A DNA stretch of 50,100 bases from a virus, in IMG/VR virus record IMGVR_UViG_3300022912_000002, one strand, 5' to 3'. The position numbers and the translations under genes are program-made. Below are positions 48,994-50,100 of this stretch, piece after piece; the stretch's first letter is position 1; the number at the start of each line of letters is the position of its first letter. The notes beneath the pieces are model-generated. The model ran no database searches. It was not told the origin of the DNA and saw nothing but the letters and a program-made list of their open reading frames with translations.

Positions 48994-49677
48994 GGGTAGA
49001 TCTCCTTTGCAAGTCAAGAGAGAGGGATACTCGCGTCGTAAAGTGTTGCAAGCACCACCTCCCTCCATCATTACTAATACATTTGGTTCATTCTGTTGCC
49101 AGCGATACCATACGCCCGAGTCTTAGTCAAATTCTTTGCGAGTACATGATCGGTAGCTCTCAACGCTACAACTCCACATGAGACATTCGGCCACTCCTTG
49201 TCTAAGGGAACAACCTCAACCCGCAAACCTGCAATATTATATAAAGGACACCAGCAATAGCAGGGCTAAATAAATAACCCTGCCTAATTGCGTGAGACTG
49301 CCCATAATCTTAAATCCATTCAAGGGGTGGCTGAAGAAGTGGCTGTTGGCGCGTGTAGCAAAAAAGCCCAACGGTGCCACTGGCGTATACCAATGGCACC
49401 TATTTTAGTCTCTACTATCTTTTCATGATGCTACTCCTTGTTACAAAAAATCAAGCTAATGTGCATGCCTCAGGTAAGTACGTCTACTATCATCGGTCTT
49501 ACAGTGTTCACATTAGCTATGAAATATTTGTTCCTGACCACCTATCGGGAGTTAACCCTGGCGTGGTGATTCCGCGACTCCTATCAGGAACGCTTAGAGG
49601 ACAGCCGTAGAACAAGCTAATGAGTTGAGGTCATTAGGATGTGTACTGTCAGCTACTAACCCAGAGGGTCAGCATAG

Positions 49678-49884
49678 TTAAATTGTTTTCATGCCAAAAT
49701 ATAAGTCTTTAGCACTAAGGAAGGTTGGGCAAACTGTCGTATAGGTGCGATGGTCTGCATTGTCATCATGGATGAATAGCCACACATCAGTTCCACTTAT
49801 GCGAACAACTCTGATTGAGTTACCATTCTCCTTGTTGACTGCGAATAATAAAGGCTGAGTCTGCACATTAACTGTGATGTTCAA
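49678..49884 (-). CDS. Hypothetical small early protein (68 aa)
   Basis: ORF 49678-49965. The TTG at 49884 is preceded by AAAGGAGACAGCT. Confidence 0.5.
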   Translation of the reverse strand: MNITVNVQTQPLLFAVNKENGNSIRVVRISGTDVWLFIHDDNADHRTYTTVCPTFLSAKDLYFGMKTI

Positions 49885-49973
49885 AGCTGTCTCCTTTAGC
49901 TGTTGGCGAGAGTTGCAAAAAAACCTGAGGGTGGGCAGGCCACCAAGCGCGAGATGCGTTAGCATCTATGTAC

Positions 49974-50100
49974 TCGCGCACCAAGCCTTTAAGTAATGCC
50001 CACCACAAATTAATGTGATGGGCATAAAGGATTAGCACAATGGGTGCTACCAGTTAAACTCCTGCCTTTGTGCAGGTATGGAATCCGTGCCGACCATCTG
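49974..50100. repeat. Terminal overlap copy 2 (identical to 1-127)
   Basis: Read directly. Identical to the first 127 nt, and it truncates a second copy of the 74-424 gene at the window end. Confidence 0.95.

Noticed and set aside
49418-49440. Mini-ORFs with strong SD (MKR-stop, and MSHVEL-stop near 49165-49200) as real peptide genes
   Set aside because: At 3 and 6 codons they are too short to support as genes. They are mentioned only as possible leader or decoy features within the non-coding island.
49530-49591. tRNA-like element
   Set aside because: The nested stems do not give a cloverleaf. There is no 7-bp acceptor stem with a 3-prime discriminator, no GTTC-type T-loop and no D-loop GG. 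It is kept only as a generic structured element in the findings.
49374-49610. 78-aa + strand ORF in the early-arm ORF-free island
   Set aside because: It has a non-ATG start context, no SD, lies opposite to all neighbouring genes, and spans the hairpin and repeat elements. Judged spurious.

Overview
The window is one complete tailed-phage genome, podovirus-like in layout. Bases 1-127 recur exactly at 49974-50100, so the unique length is about 49,973 bp, closed circularly or terminally redundant.

The genome has two arms. They diverge at a 513-bp repeat-rich control region (425-937) and converge on a bidirectional terminator (about 35682-35707).

**Rightward late arm (+ strand, 938-35663):**
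- terS-like protein, DUF5675-like protein, terL, portal, scaffold and major capsid protein
- several fibre-like proteins, including a 291-aa fibre and a 1764-aa repeat-rich fibre with many HxH motifs
- a metallophosphoesterase and a 947-aa structural protein
- three Gly/Gln-rich small proteins and a 3505-aa giant ORF that takes up 21% of the genome

**Leftward early/replication arm (- strand, 35751-49884, continuing across the junction into 74-424):**
- ParB-like protein, PD-(D/E)XK resolvase-like nuclease and Gp157-like protein
- AEP-primase/DnaB-like helicase fusion, an SSB-like protein ending in DEPLPF, and a Sak4/AAA_24-like ATPase
- an ArdC-like ssDNA-binding metalloprotease
- many small ORFs, often with CxxC pairs and translationally coupled. 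Two of them (47142-47318 and 48432-48602) fall below the ORF-track length cut-off.

I recognised no DNA polymerase, integrase, tRNA, CRISPR array, reverse transcriptase or canonical endolysin/holin pair.

The strongest lead is the giant ORF. It carries a DxDGD metal-binding motif in a sequence context resembling the catalytic double-psi beta-barrel of two-barrel RNA polymerases (beta-prime, QDE-1/RDR, YonO, crAss-like gp66). It also has a SLOG/Rossmann-like module, an HExxH motif, a Pro/Lys linker and hydrophobic termini. This suggests an injected multifunctional virion RNA polymerase of an undescribed architecture.

All homology statements come from motif recognition by eye and need profile or structure searches to confirm.
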